The notes below the pieces were generated by a model. The model saw only the letters and a list, made by a program, of their open reading frames with translations. It had not been told where the DNA came from and made no database searches. The position numbers and the translations under genes were made by a program. From Pseudomonadota bacterium (GTDB lineage Bacteria > Campylobacterota > Campylobacteria > Campylobacterales > Sulfurimonadaceae), in contig JAZDQA010000014.1 of the NCBI GenBank assembly GCA_043797085.1, positions 96,001 to 160,000 on the forward strand: a stretch of DNA of 64,000 nucleotides, written 5' to 3'. Positions 11,499 through 22,070 of this stretch are shown in pieces (position 1 is the first letter of the stretch; every line of letters begins with the position of its first letter).

Positions 11499-12356
11499 CT
11501 AGTCTCCTTGCGGAAGGGATTTTTTCATCTGTTCAACAAGATCCGCATCGATTTTATCCACAGTAGGCAATATAATATTAGCCTTAAGATACAAATCTCC
11601 GCGAACACCGCTTTGTCGATTCATCACGCCCATCTCTTTGAGACGGAAACGCTGACCATTTTTGGTATTTTCAGGCACTTTAAGTGTAACTTCTTTATCT
11701 AATGTCTGAACCGCCACTTTACCACCAAACAGTGCCGCATAAAGAGGAACACTAAATGTTTTCACAAGATTGTCTCCCTCGCGCTCATACTCAGGATTGG
11801 CAGAAATATCGATACGTAAATACAAATCACCCGATTGGGCACCATGACGCTTCCCTTTTCCGCGAACACGAAGTTTTTCACCGCTTTTAATTCCGGCAGG
11901 AATTTTGATGTCAAAACTCTCTCCAGAAAGGCTAATCGTGTGTTTACCACCGAGTACCGCTACGGCAAACGGAATAGTAACATTGGCATCAAAATCAAGG
12001 TTCATCGCGCCGCCAAAGCCACTGCCAAATCCGCCGCCGCTAAATCCACCGCCTCCTCCACCGAACATACTGCGTAAAATCTCATCTAAATCGACATTAC
12101 CGCCCTGAGCACGTGAGAAATCATGGAAGTTTTGCCCGCCGAACATCGAATCCCCGTACTGATCGTATTTGGCACGTTTTTCTTTATCGCTAAGCACTTC
12201 ATACGCCGCATTAATCTCTTTAAATTTTTCTTCCGCTGCGGGGTCTTTGTTCACATCGGGATGGTATTGACGCGCGAGCTTACGGTAAGCTTTTTTGATC
12301 TCTGTTTCGCTTGCGCCTGCTGTAACTTCTAAGGTAGTGTATAAACTTTTTGACAT
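11499..12356 (-). CDS. cbpA: DnaJ-class co-chaperone CbpA
   Basis: J domain with HPD, G/F-rich linker, no Zn finger, DnaJ C-terminal domain; start trimmed to MSKSLY. Confidence 0.9.
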   Translation of the reverse strand: MSKSLYTTLEVTAGASETEIKKAYRKLARQYHPDVNKDPAAEEKFKEINAAYEVLSDKEKRAKYDQYGDSMFGGQNFHDFSRAQGGNVDLDEILRSMFGGGGGGFSGGGFGSGFGGAMNLDFDANVTIPFAVAVLGGKHTISLSGESFDIKIPAGIKSGEKLRVRGKGKRHGAQSGDLYLRIDISANPEYEREGDNLVKTFSVPLYAALFGGKVAVQTLDKEVTLKVPENTKNGQRFRLKEMGVMNRQSGVRGDLYLKANIILPTVDKIDADLVEQMKKSLPQGD

Positions 12357-12395
12357 TTTAAATCCTATTGAAATCATAGTTAATTATTTAACAAA

Positions 12396-12430
12396 ATTAT
12401 AACAGAATAGTTGAGTCAAAGTCAATCAAG
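12396..12430 (-). promoter_or_regulatory. cbpA-hspR promoter (TGnTATAAT) with HAIR-like HspR operator
   Basis: Minus-strand TGTTATAAT at 12396-12404; GTTGAGT-caaagtc-AATCAAG at 12410-12430 matches HAIR consensus CTTGAGT-N7-ACTCAAG at 12/14. Confidence 0.8.
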
Positions 12431-12502
12431 GTTAAAAAGGAAAGTGCGTTGGATTAGAAGAAAGAGAAGATTGAAGATTGCGCCATAAAGACGCAAGTGT
12501 TT

Positions 12503-14038
12503 TTAGTGCAAAAAGTGACGAATACCAGTAAAGTACAACGACATCCCGTGCTCATCTGCCGCCGCGATGACTTCTTCATCACGTACCGAACCGCCCGGTT
12601 GAATAACGGTTTTGACACCCGCCCCTGCTGCCGCGTCGATAGAATCGCGAAACGGGAAAAATGCTTCAGAAGCAAGAGCTGAACCGCTTACATCCAGACC
12701 CATCTCTTCCGCTTTTCGTAATGCACAACGGGCTGCATCGACACGAGACGTCATCCCCATACCCACTGCTACCATCGCGGAGTCTTTTACGTACACAACA
12801 CAGTTTGATTTGGTTAATGAGGCTACTTTATACGCGATTTCAGCGTCTTTAAGTTCACTCTCGCTTGCCGTGTGTTTTGTCACCAACTTGGCATTCTTAA
12901 CCTCATCGTCTCCCACACGATCCGCGTCTTGGAATACAAATCCGCCGTCAATGTGTTTAAAATCGACTGCATCTCGGCTCAGAAGAATACGATCACTGCC
13001 GTATTCAAAAAGCTTTAGACGTTTTTTCGGCTCAAATACTGCTTGTGCTTCTTCATCGATTTTACCTGCAATAATCACTTCCAAAAACATCTCATTCATT
13101 TTCAGGGCAAGTTCTTTGGTCACGACGCCATTGACCGCAACGACGCCTCCAAATGCTGAAATCGGATCACATTTAAGTGCTTCGGTATACGCATCCATCA
13201 TATTATCACGGATTGCAAAACCGCACGGGTTACCGTGCTTTACGATACAGATAGCATTCTCATCCCCAAACGCAGCTGCAATTTTCACCGCACCGCTGAT
13301 GTCGGTAAGATTGTTAAAACTTGCTTCACCTTTGAGGGTTTTGAAGTTTTTAGAGAAGAAAGTGTCAAACTCGTACAAACCACCCTTTTGATGCGGGTTT
13401 TCGCCGTAACGGGTATCCATTACTTTGTTTCCGACGATAAACTGTTTCTCTCCCATGCCGTTGTTAAAACGTTTGTTCATGTAGTTGGCAATCATGCTGT
13501 CGTATGCTGCCGTATGCTCATATGCTTTGATCATCAAATTACGGCGAAATTCAACGCTATCTGAACCGTTTTGAATCGCATTAAGCACCACAGAGTAATC
13601 ACTTGGATCGGTAATGATATGAACATCGATAAAGTTTTTTGCAGCAGAACGAACCATTGCAGGTCCTCCGATGTCGATGTTTTCAATGATCTCTTCGAAG
13701 TCATCCGTACGCTCAATGGTCGCTTTGAACGGATAAAGATTTACACAAACAAGGTCAATTTCAACAATCCCGTATTCCATCGCTGTATTGACATGAGAAT
13801 CCAAATCACGACGAAATAAAATGCCCCCGTGGATATATGGGTTAAGGGTCTTAACCCGACCATCAAACATCTCCGGAAATCCTGTCACATCATCAATCTC
13901 GATAGCATTCACACCTGCATCACGCAACATTTTAAACGTTCCGCCCGTAGAGACGATTTCATAGTCCAAACCGATGAGAGATTTAGCGAATTCTACGATA
14001 TTACTTTTATCACTGACACTGAGTAATGCACGCTTCAT
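12503..14038 (-). CDS. purH: Bifunctional AICAR transformylase/IMP cyclohydrolase
   Basis: [52 protein letters not shown]. Confidence 0.97.
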   Translation of the reverse strand: MKRALLSVSDKSNIVEFAKSLIGLDYEIVSTGGTFKMLRDAGVNAIEIDDVTGFPEMFDGRVKTLNPYIHGGILFRRDLDSHVNTAMEYGIVEIDLVCVNLYPFKATIERTDDFEEIIENIDIGGPAMVRSAAKNFIDVHIITDPSDYSVVLNAIQNGSDSVEFRRNLMIKAYEHTAAYDSMIANYMNKRFNNGMGEKQFIVGNKVMDTRYGENPHQKGGLYEFDTFFSKNFKTLKGEASFNNLTDISGAVKIAAAFGDENAICIVKHGNPCGFAIRDNMMDAYTEALKCDPISAFGGVVAVNGVVTKELALKMNEMFLEVIIAGKIDEEAQAVFEPKKRLKLFEYGSDRILLSRDAVDFKHIDGGFVFQDADRVGDDEVKNAKLVTKHTASESELKDAEIAYKVASLTKSNCVVYVKDSAMVAVGMGMTSRVDAARCALRKAEEMGLDVSGSALASEAFFPFRDSIDAAAGAGVKTVIQPGGSVRDEEVIAAADEHGMSLYFTGIRHFLH

Positions 14039-14146
14039 GCAGTTCCTTTGATTGGGTACTTAGACCCATGAATTAATGGTGGAATTGTAACGAATGGTGG
14101 TTTAGGGGAAGGTAAAGAATGAAAGGAAGCGTATTGCTTCCTGTAA

Positions 14147-14743
14147 TTAGGCGAGAAAAGTTTTTTCTGATTGAGTACTTTTAATATCGTTATAAAATAT
14201 TGCAAAACTTACGCTCATATAAGGAATCAGCCAAATAAAACCAATCCCTAAAGTTAAAAGGGCCAATAACACCCATCCAAAAAAACGAAAACTTAGGCAA
14301 AAAAGTTTCCATTTATTACCTTGCATCATTTCCTTACTTTTCTTAATTGCTTCAAGTGCACCCGTAGATTTATTATCTGCAAGAACATAAAAGGTCATTG
14401 CGTATGAATATGCTGCGATTAATCCTGGAATAATCAGAAGTAACATCCATAAAATAATAAAAAGAGTTTGTAGTAACAACGCCGCAAGGGCTGTTCCAAA
14501 TCTACTAAAACCATCAAAAAGATGTCCTATTTTTGTCTCTTCATTTCTCGCAAGAGCCAACATAATGGTGTTTAATCCAAGTGCCATTGCCCCACCAATT
14601 AGTAAAGAAATAATCGCACCCACTACTGGAATGATTTGAATCCCATACACAATAATACCATTTAATAATATTGCACCAATTGCTATCCCCCAATGCCCCT
14701 TGAGTGACTCTCGTGCTTTTGCCATAATATCTTTATTTTCCAT
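14147..14743 (-). CDS. DUF975 family membrane protein
   Basis: ARESLKGHWG, LLLIIPG, YSYAMTFY, SKEMMQGNKWKLF, WLIPY; start trimmed to MENK with GGAG upstream. Confidence 0.85.
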   Translation of the reverse strand: MENKDIMAKARESLKGHWGIAIGAILLNGIIVYGIQIIPVVGAIISLLIGGAMALGLNTIMLALARNEETKIGHLFDGFSRFGTALAALLLQTLFIILWMLLLIIPGLIAAYSYAMTFYVLADNKSTGALEAIKKSKEMMQGNKWKLFCLSFRFFGWVLLALLTLGIGFIWLIPYMSVSFAIFYNDIKSTQSEKTFLA

Positions 14744-14831
14744 ATTCAGCTCCAAATAAAATTTTATTTATTGTATCATAACAATTGAAATTAGTATATA
14801 TTTTATATGATTATTTATAATAGGAAATTAA

Positions 14832-15326
14832 TTGAACAACTATATTCACCCTTTCACGCCCATCCTCAATCATCATACCTGTGTTCTTTTCCTCGGAAGT
14901 TTCCCCAGTATCGCATCATTCGAACAAGCCTTTTATTATGCCCATCCGCGTAACGCTTTTTGGTCGATTATGGAGGAAATATTTGGGGTAACGTTTTATG
15001 ATAATGAAAATAAAATACATTTTTGTATCGAAAAGGGAATCGGGCTATGGGATGTAATCGGTTCGTGCGAGCGGAGTAATTCAAGTGACAGCAATCTAAA
15101 AAATATCATTCCCAATGATTTTAAAAAACTGCTGGCGGACTATCCAAATATCAAAGCTATCGCGTTTACAGGGAAAAAAGCGTTTGATCTGTTCCAAAAA
15201 TATTTCAAAGAGTTAGAAATCGAAACTGTATTACTTCCTTCCACCTCACCCGCCCATGCAGCTATGACACGAAAAGAAAAAACCATTCTTTATAAAGAAT
15301 TTTTAAATCGCTATTTAACTCTCTAA
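14832..15326 (+). CDS. UDG-superfamily DNA glycosylase (family 6 / hypoxanthine-DNA glycosylase-like)
   Basis: LGSFPS, YYAHPRNAFW, GIGLWDV, SSDS, LPSTSPA motifs. Confidence 0.85.
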   Translation: MNNYIHPFTPILNHHTCVLFLGSFPSIASFEQAFYYAHPRNAFWSIMEEIFGVTFYDNENKIHFCIEKGIGLWDVIGSCERSNSSDSNLKNIIPNDFKKLLADYPNIKAIAFTGKKAFDLFQKYFKELEIETVLLPSTSPAHAAMTRKEKTILYKEFLNRYLTL

Positions 15327-16121
15327 TACCTGCTCAAAAATCGTTTTTGCTGTCTTCCAGCGATCTACTTTGGCATTCATCATCACGATAAGGCAATCTT
15401 TTCCGTCTTTTTTCGCACGAGCGATTAAACATGCCCCTGCTTTGTTTGTGAAGCCTGTTTTTACTCCAACAGCATATTGGTAGCGATTCAAAAGACGATT
15501 GTGAGTGTAGGCAGTGAAAAGTTTCAATTTATCTTTATTAAGTGCGTAATAGGTGTGACTGTTGAGTTTGCTGATTGCATTGAAGGTTGAATTTTTAATC
15601 GCATACTCAGTCATTTTTAGCAAATCATTCGGTGAAGAATAATGATCTTTTCCATCGTATCCGCACGGATTACTAAAGTGAGTATGACTCATCCCGATTT
15701 GTCGAGCTTTGCTATTCATCATCGCGATAAAATGCTCTTCATCCCCGCCCACGGTGATGGCTATCGCTTTTGCTGCATCGTTATCGGATTTAATCATTGC
15801 AGCTTTTACCAAATCCGACATCAAAACGACATCACCGTGCTTATACCCAGCTATTGTAGGCTCCACTTTGGTCATTTCTCGCGTAATCGTCACGGCCTGA
15901 TTCATTTTTCCGCTTTGTATCGCTAAGAGTGCTGTCATTACTTTTGTCAGACTTGCCGGACTGGCTCGTTTTTCCCCATCTTTTGAGTATAAAATATGTT
16001 TGGTGTTTAAATCTTTGACAACCAAGGCTCCCACTTTCAGCCCATCCAGTTCATGTTTATCAATAGCCCCAAAAAGTGAGACGCAAAGCGTTAAACTCAA
16101 TCCAAAAATTTTCTTTATCAT
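15315..16121 (-). CDS. D-alanyl-D-alanine carboxypeptidase (peptidase S11)
   Basis: Signal peptide; SxxK (PASLTK), SxN (SDND), KTG (VKTGFT). Confidence 0.92.
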   Translation of the reverse strand: MIKKIFGLSLTLCVSLFGAIDKHELDGLKVGALVVKDLNTKHILYSKDGEKRASPASLTKVMTALLAIQSGKMNQAVTITREMTKVEPTIAGYKHGDVVLMSDLVKAAMIKSDNDAAKAIAITVGGDEEHFIAMMNSKARQIGMSHTHFSNPCGYDGKDHYSSPNDLLKMTEYAIKNSTFNAISKLNSHTYYALNKDKLKLFTAYTHNRLLNRYQYAVGVKTGFTNKAGACLIARAKKDGKDCLIVMMNAKVDRWKTAKTIFEQVLES

Positions 16122-16211
16122 TCCAAAACCTTTTAAATTATCAATCGAGCATCATTAAGCAAATAATAGTCCATCCGCTATAATTCCCTATAAAATTTAG
16201 AAGGAGGATAA

Positions 16212-16469
16212 ATGCAGCGATTTCGACGACTCTTTACGCTGTTGTTTATCCTCTCACTTTTTGTCGGTGCTATTCATGAAAGTAGTCACGCTCATCAGCA
16301 CGGTGATACATGTGAAGTGTGTGTACTCTCTCATGCTCCAGCTCTGCTTGGGGATGCCATCACAGTCATACCTATAGATCATTATTACGAATATTTTAGC
16401 TTTATGGATACCTCATATCCAGTTGTGTCATCTATGCTAACGCGTAACCGTTCCCCTCCTCTGGCTTAA
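16212..16469 (+). CDS. Small DUF2946-like His/CxxC protein, candidate metal-responsive leader peptide
   Basis: Strong AGGAGG RBS, TATAAT upstream; basic-hydrophobic N-terminus, HESSHAHQH, CEVC, C-terminal RSPP; 59 nt upstream of a TonB-dependent receptor. Confidence 0.75.
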   Translation: MQRFRRLFTLLFILSLFVGAIHESSHAHQHGDTCEVCVLSHAPALLGDAITVIPIDHYYEYFSFMDTSYPVVSSMLTRNRSPPLA

Positions 16470-16528
16470 AATTACCATTATTCAAAACAAACCATTATTA
16501 TAATTATTTAACCTTTTAGGATTTTACT

Positions 16529-18607
16529 ATGAAAAAAACACTTTCTCTTGTGGCATGTGCTGCAATCTGTACCCTTGCCTCTGCTAACGAAGCCCATCTC
16601 GATACCATCACCGTCGATGGATCTATAACTACCGTCATCCAGCACAAAGGCTTACTCAAAGATTTGGTTGAAAAAACGGAAGTGATTGACAAAAAAGAAC
16701 TTGAGCATACACAATCTTCCACTCTCGCCGAAGCCATCGGTCAAGAAGTGGGAATCAACGTCACTACCGGCTGTTCCATCTGCGGACTTAAACGGGTACA
16801 AATAAATGGTCTTAAAGGGGAACATACGACGGTATTGATCGACGGTATCCCTTTTAATTCAACGGTATCGAGTTTTTACGGTATGGACGCTATCGGCACT
16901 TCGGACATCGAAAGTATCGAGATTGCTCGCGGGGCAGGAACGTCGCTTACAGCACCTGAAGCCATCGGCGGAACCATCAACATTATCCCTCGTAAACCGC
17001 GTAACAATGCTATTGAAACGGATCTCTCCGTAGGAACATTGGGAACCAAAAACTACTCCGTTTTGGGTGAAGCCATGAGTGCCGACAAAAAAACCGGCAT
17101 ACTCGTTTCAGCGTCCTATCACACTCAAGATCAAGTCGATAACGATCACAATGGTGTCAGTGAATCTCCAAGTTTGGAAAATCAATCTTTATCTCTTATG
17201 GTGACACATGAGCTTTCACCTTATGATTCGATCGAACTCAAAGCGAGCCATTTTACCTCCAACTCATTTGGCGGACCGATGACTTCAGAAAGTTCGGCGG
17301 TAGCGAGCTATAACCCAGCTAGCAACGATCCCGCATTTGTAGGTGGTAATGTTAACAATCCTCTCAGCAGCCAACCTATGTCGGTACTGGAGCGTATCAA
17401 CACAACCCGCGATGAAATCTACCTCAAACAGCGCCATACCTTCAACGGTACCATGAACCTCCAAACGACTCTCGCCTACGCCAAGCAATTTCAAGATTCT
17501 CTCTATGAAGGGGCGGATTATCTCAATACCGACACAACCTATTTCGGCGATATTAAAATCGATCATGCCCTCAACAACAACCATTTCTTAACCTATGGAA
17601 CCGATGCCAAAATCGAAACGGCACGCTCTCAATCGGTCGCATTTTTCGATGTTGCCAATATGGATAAAGATGATTTTGATTACACGGCATTGGGACTATA
17701 TGCCCAAGACGCATGGATGATCGACGATAAAAATGAACTCACACTTGCATTACGTGGTGCAAAAATCACCACCGACTGGCGTGCCAAAACAGCGCAAGGT
17801 AACGAAATCGATGAAACCATGCTCGTACCGCGTTTACTCTGGCGACACAACCATACTAATGATTTGACTTCACGTCTCAGTGCCGGAATGGGGTATCGTG
17901 CTCCGTTGACTTTTTTCGAATCAGAGCACGGACTTCTTGACAGCGGATTTGATATGGCAATCACCGAACTGGAAAAATCCAAAGGGGCAAGTTATGCGCT
18001 CTCGTATGATGCACATGGATTAAATATTACCGCATCCGCTGCTTATACACAGGTGAAAAATCTCGCTTACATCGACGACTCTGCAGCAACACCGGTATTG
18101 CGCAATAGCACTGAAGCCGTCAGTGTCAAAAATGCTGATATTGCCATCGGCTATGAAGTCATGGAAGGGCTAAACCTCTCAGGTGTTTACGAAATGTATC
18201 GCTACGATGATGTCTATAAATCGCACCTTTCCCTAGCTGCCATCGAGCAACGTGCCCGCTTCAGTGTCGATTATGACATCAACGGTTGGGAGTTGTATAC
18301 GGAAGCCACATGGGTCGGTGCACGTGATTTAACCCCTTATGGATACACGGATCGCTATAATGATTTAGCCCTTGCCTCTCCTAAAAATACAACAGCTCCA
18401 GCCTACACAACCGTCGATCTTAAAATTTCAAAAGAGCTGAATAAAAATTTTACCGTATATGCGGGAGCAAAAAATCTCTTTGATACCGTCCAAACGGATA
18501 CCGAGTCACCTCTTTTTTACGATGCCACCGGCGGATTTGATTCGGCTCACATTTGGGGACCGTTACGCGGACGAATGGTGTATGCCGGGATAAAAGCCGC
18601 GTTTTAA
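16529..18607 (+). CDS. TonB-dependent outer-membrane receptor (probable metal uptake)
   Basis: Signal peptide, TonB-box-like DTITV, plug motifs (VLIDGIP, IESIEIARG, AIGGTINII), GAKNLFD, GRMVYAG and terminal Phe; CSIC in plug. Confidence 0.93.
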   Translation: MKKTLSLVACAAICTLASANEAHLDTITVDGSITTVIQHKGLLKDLVEKTEVIDKKELEHTQSSTLAEAIGQEVGINVTTGCSICGLKRVQINGLKGEHTTVLIDGIPFNSTVSSFYGMDAIGTSDIESIEIARGAGTSLTAPEAIGGTINIIPRKPRNNAIETDLSVGTLGTKNYSVLGEAMSADKKTGILVSASYHTQDQVDNDHNGVSESPSLENQSLSLMVTHELSPYDSIELKASHFTSNSFGGPMTSESSAVASYNPASNDPAFVGGNVNNPLSSQPMSVLERINTTRDEIYLKQRHTFNGTMNLQTTLAYAKQFQDSLYEGADYLNTDTTYFGDIKIDHALNNNHFLTYGTDAKIETARSQSVAFFDVANMDKDDFDYTALGLYAQDAWMIDDKNELTLALRGAKITTDWRAKTAQGNEIDETMLVPRLLWRHNHTNDLTSRLSAGMGYRAPLTFFESEHGLLDSGFDMAITELEKSKGASYALSYDAHGLNITASAAYTQVKNLAYIDDSAATPVLRNSTEAVSVKNADIAIGYEVMEGLNLSGVYEMYRYDDVYKSHLSLAAIEQRARFSVDYDINGWELYTEATWVGARDLTPYGYTDRYNDLALASPKNTTAPAYTTVDLKISKELNKNFTVYAGAKNLFDTVQTDTESPLFYDATGGFDSAHIWGPLRGRMVYAGIKAAF

Positions 18608-18631
18608 CATAAAAGTGCGTTACAATAGTAA

Positions 18632-19750
18632 ATGCAAAGCTCATCCCCTGCCACTCTTGAGATTGTCCATGATCACTCGGGGACAATCTTCGTGTGCAGC
18701 GGGGAATGGACATTAAATTATCTTAAAACCATTGCACTCACCCTCGAATCATACCAACTGACTTCATCCATAATTTGGGATATTAACAATGTTACCGAAC
18801 TCGATTCTGCCGGTGTTGCTCTTTGGCATTTGTATTATCGTAAATTTGAAAAAATGGGATTTGCCTCCGAGATGATCGGGAGTAAAAAAGAACACCTTCA
18901 GCTTTATAACCTCCTCTATCCCCATCCTCAGGACGATGTAACAGTACCAAATCGCCCAGGATGGCTTTATCGTGTCGGAAAGGAAGCCTATTTATCATTC
19001 CAAGGAATAGGAACTTTTCTAACTTTTTTAGGCGAAGTATTCACCGTTCTTCTTTACAGTTTACGACACCCTTCTATCATTCGATACCGATCCATCAGTT
19101 CTCACATTACGACCGCAGGGTTTGATGCACTTCCTATTATTGCCGTTAGCGCTTTTTTGATCGGAGTGGTAGTGGCTTTCCAGAGTATTGTTCAGCTTCA
19201 AAAATTCGGTGCTGATATTCTCATCGTCGATATGATTGGAATTTCTCTAACACGTGAACTCGCACCCCTCATCACGGCTATTGTTATTGCAGGTCGAAGC
19301 GGTTCTGCCTTCACTGCACAAATCGGTGCCATGAAAATGACCCAAGAAATTGACGCGATGAAAACGATGGGATTTCATCCGCATCTTTTTTTAGTCTGGC
19401 CGCGCGTTATTGCCTTGATGATTGTATTACCTCTCTTAATATTTTTTGCTGATCTCGTTGGGATATTTGGAGGGATGGTCATCGCATCTACCCAATCGCA
19501 CCTATCCTACACGGAATTTATCAACCGTCTGCAAGGGGCACTGCCCATTAAACATTTCATTATTGGAATAGTAAAAGGACCTTTTTTCGCCATTTTAATT
19601 GCTCTGACTGGTACCTATCGAGGATTTCAAGTCTCTGCAAATACCGAGAGTATAGGGCAATACACCACCAAAAGTGTTGTTAACGCCATTTTCCTTGTTA
19701 TTGCATGCGACGCTCTTTTCTCTATTCTTTTGACGGAGCTCAAGATATGA
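18632..19750 (+). CDS. mlaE: MlaE-family ABC permease with N-terminal STAS domain
   Basis: ELDSAG STAS motif; RELAPLITAIVIAGRSGSAFTAQIG, QEIDAM, TTKSVV. Confidence 0.88.
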   Translation: MQSSSPATLEIVHDHSGTIFVCSGEWTLNYLKTIALTLESYQLTSSIIWDINNVTELDSAGVALWHLYYRKFEKMGFASEMIGSKKEHLQLYNLLYPHPQDDVTVPNRPGWLYRVGKEAYLSFQGIGTFLTFLGEVFTVLLYSLRHPSIIRYRSISSHITTAGFDALPIIAVSAFLIGVVVAFQSIVQLQKFGADILIVDMIGISLTRELAPLITAIVIAGRSGSAFTAQIGAMKMTQEIDAMKTMGFHPHLFLVWPRVIALMIVLPLLIFFADLVGIFGGMVIASTQSHLSYTEFINRLQGALPIKHFIIGIVKGPFFAILIALTGTYRGFQVSANTESIGQYTTKSVVNAIFLVIACDALFSILLTELKI

Positions 19751-20502
19751 GCCCCATTGTCATTGAAGCATCTAATATTGTTAGTTCTTTTGGAGAGCAT
19801 CTCATTCACGATGATATCAGCTGTACGATTCGACAACATGAAATTTATGCCCTGCTGGGAGGAAGCGGATCCGGTAAATCAACGTTACTGCGAGAAATGA
19901 TTATGCTGGGAAAACCCTCAAGCGGCTCAATCCGTATTTTTGGAAATGACATTGCCCACTTATCACTGGCAGAAGCTCAAAAACTCCGTCAACAATGGGG
20001 AGTATTATTTCAATCAGGGGCCCTCTATTCTTCTCTTACCGTAGGTGAAAATATTGCTCTTTTGTATCAAGAATACACCGATCTTCCGCCCAACCTCATC
20101 CATGAACTCATTAAACTCAAAATCGATCTGGTTGGTCTGCCTCAACACGCGATTCACCTCTATCCAAGTGAACTAAGCGGTGGAATGGTTAAACGGGCAT
20201 CTCTTGCCCGTGCTCTTGCTCTTGATCCGAAACTTTTATTTTTAGATGAGCCTACTTCGGGTCTTGATCCGTTGAGTTCACGGCAATTTGATGCATTGAT
20301 TCAACAACTTCGTGATCTCTTGGGGCTAACCATTGTCATCGTTACCCATGATTTGGATACGATACATCATATCGTAGATCGCTTCTTGTTGTTGGGTGAA
20401 AAAAAAGCGATTGCGGAGGGGACACTTGAGGAAGTCCTTGCCATTAAACACCCTATTATCGATTATTTTTTTCAAAAGGAAACACATGGAATCAAAAGTT
20501 AA
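19747..20502 (+). CDS. mlaF: MlaF-family ABC ATPase
   Basis: GGSGSGKS, LFQSGALY, YPSELSGGM, LFLDEPTSGLDP, VTHD; start trimmed to MSPIV. Confidence 0.88.
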   Translation: MSPIVIEASNIVSSFGEHLIHDDISCTIRQHEIYALLGGSGSGKSTLLREMIMLGKPSSGSIRIFGNDIAHLSLAEAQKLRQQWGVLFQSGALYSSLTVGENIALLYQEYTDLPPNLIHELIKLKIDLVGLPQHAIHLYPSELSGGMVKRASLARALALDPKLLFLDEPTSGLDPLSSRQFDALIQQLRDLLGLTIVIVTHDLDTIHHIVDRFLLLGEKKAIAEGTLEEVLAIKHPIIDYFFQKETHGIKS

Positions 20503-21454
20503 CTATACTCTTGTCGGATTTTTTGTCCTTCTATTGAGCGGTGCAATGATTGCTTTTGCTTTTTGGCTTGGAAAATACAATGACGATGAAAAACAATACC
20601 AACTCTACAAAGTCTACATCACCGAATCCATCTCAGGGCTCGCTCCTGAAGCCGCTGTAAAATTTCACGGCGTTGATGTCGGCAAAGTAGAGACCATACA
20701 GATTAATCCGCTCAACAGTGAAGAGGTTGAACTGATTTTAAAAATCAAAAAAGAGACGCCTATTCGAATCGATTCTATGGCAACACTTAAATTTTTCGGA
20801 ATCACGGGCTTGGCTTTTATTGAAATAGCCGGAGGTTCGAAAAATTCACCCCTGCTTATGACGTCTAAAAACGACATTGCCATTATCCCCACCGCTCCCT
20901 CTCTTATCAAACGGCTTGATGAAACCCTTAGCAGTGTCGTTACCAAACTCTCCGACACCCTCGATCACACCAATGCTATCATGAGCGACGACAATACGAA
21001 AAACTTTTCCGTAACGCTTCAAAATCTAAAAATACTGACGCAACGGATGAATAGCTACCAAGACGAAATCGATTTATTACTAAAAAATTCGATACAAACC
21101 GGCAAAAAGCTAGATGAAACCATGCTAAAAGTGGGAACTTCCGCCGATAAAGTAGGTAGCTCTATGGATACCTTCAAAGTTACTATGAGAGACAGCCTCT
21201 CCCCTACCATGAAAGCATGGACAGAAACCTCCAAAAAAAGCAATGTCCTCATCGAAAAGATCGAAACGTCTATGGACCGTGGTGATTATGATTTTCAAGC
21301 CATAGCGTCTGACTCAACCGTTGAACTCAATGCTCTTTTACTCCAATCGCGTTCACTGCTAAGCGAGATGGAACTCACCCTAAAATCATTGCGCGAAAGC
21401 CCGTCCGATGTACTTTTCAAAGAATCCACACCCAATCCAGGACCAGGAGAATGA
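20486..21454 (+). CDS. mlaD: MCE/MlaD family protein
   Basis: MESKVNYTLVGFFV TM, ESISGL, VKFHGVDVGKV, GITGLAFIEI, helical C-terminus. Confidence 0.88.
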   Translation: MESKVNYTLVGFFVLLLSGAMIAFAFWLGKYNDDEKQYQLYKVYITESISGLAPEAAVKFHGVDVGKVETIQINPLNSEEVELILKIKKETPIRIDSMATLKFFGITGLAFIEIAGGSKNSPLLMTSKNDIAIIPTAPSLIKRLDETLSSVVTKLSDTLDHTNAIMSDDNTKNFSVTLQNLKILTQRMNSYQDEIDLLLKNSIQTGKKLDETMLKVGTSADKVGSSMDTFKVTMRDSLSPTMKAWTETSKKSNVLIEKIETSMDRGDYDFQAIASDSTVELNALLLQSRSLLSEMELTLKSLRESPSDVLFKESTPNPGPGE

Positions 21455-21458
21455 TCGA

Positions 21459-22070
21459 ATGAAAACTATCCTTTTAACCACGCTTATTACCTTTATTTTG
21501 GCAGGATGTTCCTCGCTTCACCCGTCACTGCATGAATATACTATTCTCCCCTCCTACATGCCGCGAGCTGCGACAATGCTTCCTGTCAAGGCTACGCTTA
21601 AAGTCTCATCCACTAGAAGTATCCCCTCCCTCTCATCAACGCAGATTTACTACCTCAAAGACACATCTCGCCTTGATGCTTATTTGTACAGCACTTGGAC
21701 GGACTCTCCCTCCAGTATGATAGACCGATCGCTTTATTCCTCTCTGCAAAATCGGCAACTTTTTACCACACTCATTCCAACGACTTCAAGCGCAATGGCG
21801 GATTTAATCTTGGAATCGGATCTCAATGCATTTTATCATCGTTTTCTTGACGATTCAAAGAGCGAAGGGGTGATTGACATTACCTATCGGCTCATAGATC
21901 TAAAAACCAAAACGGCTCTTGGTTCAAAACGCTTTTTTATTACAGAACCTGCACTTTCTGCCAATGCACAAGGGGGAGTAAATGCCCTCACAAAAGCAAC
22001 ACAACGCCTCAGTGAAAACACAACCGACTGGCTCGAAACAGTTGGAAAGGAAAACCAATGGATAAAATAG
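21459..22070 (+). CDS. ABC-type transport auxiliary lipoprotein (PqiC-like)
   Basis: Lipobox ILAGC, YSTWTDSP motif, last gene of the mlaEFD cluster. Confidence 0.8.
   Translation: MKTILLTTLITFILAGCSSLHPSLHEYTILPSYMPRAATMLPVKATLKVSSTRSIPSLSSTQIYYLKDTSRLDAYLYSTWTDSPSSMIDRSLYSSLQNRQLFTTLIPTTSSAMADLILESDLNAFYHRFLDDSKSEGVIDITYRLIDLKTKTALGSKRFFITEPALSANAQGGVNALTKATQRLSENTTDWLETVGKENQWIK

Noticed and set aside
12009..12063. GCC/CCG-rich repeat-like tract
   Set aside because: Encodes the normal G/F-rich linker of CbpA
12612..13391. 259-aa plus-strand ORF
   Set aside because: Antisense shadow of purH with no motifs
9425..15326. Apparent DNA-repair cluster (EEP nuclease, ung, family-6 glycosylase)
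   Set aside because: Different strands and operons, and the EEP protein appears exported; no evidence of a joint system
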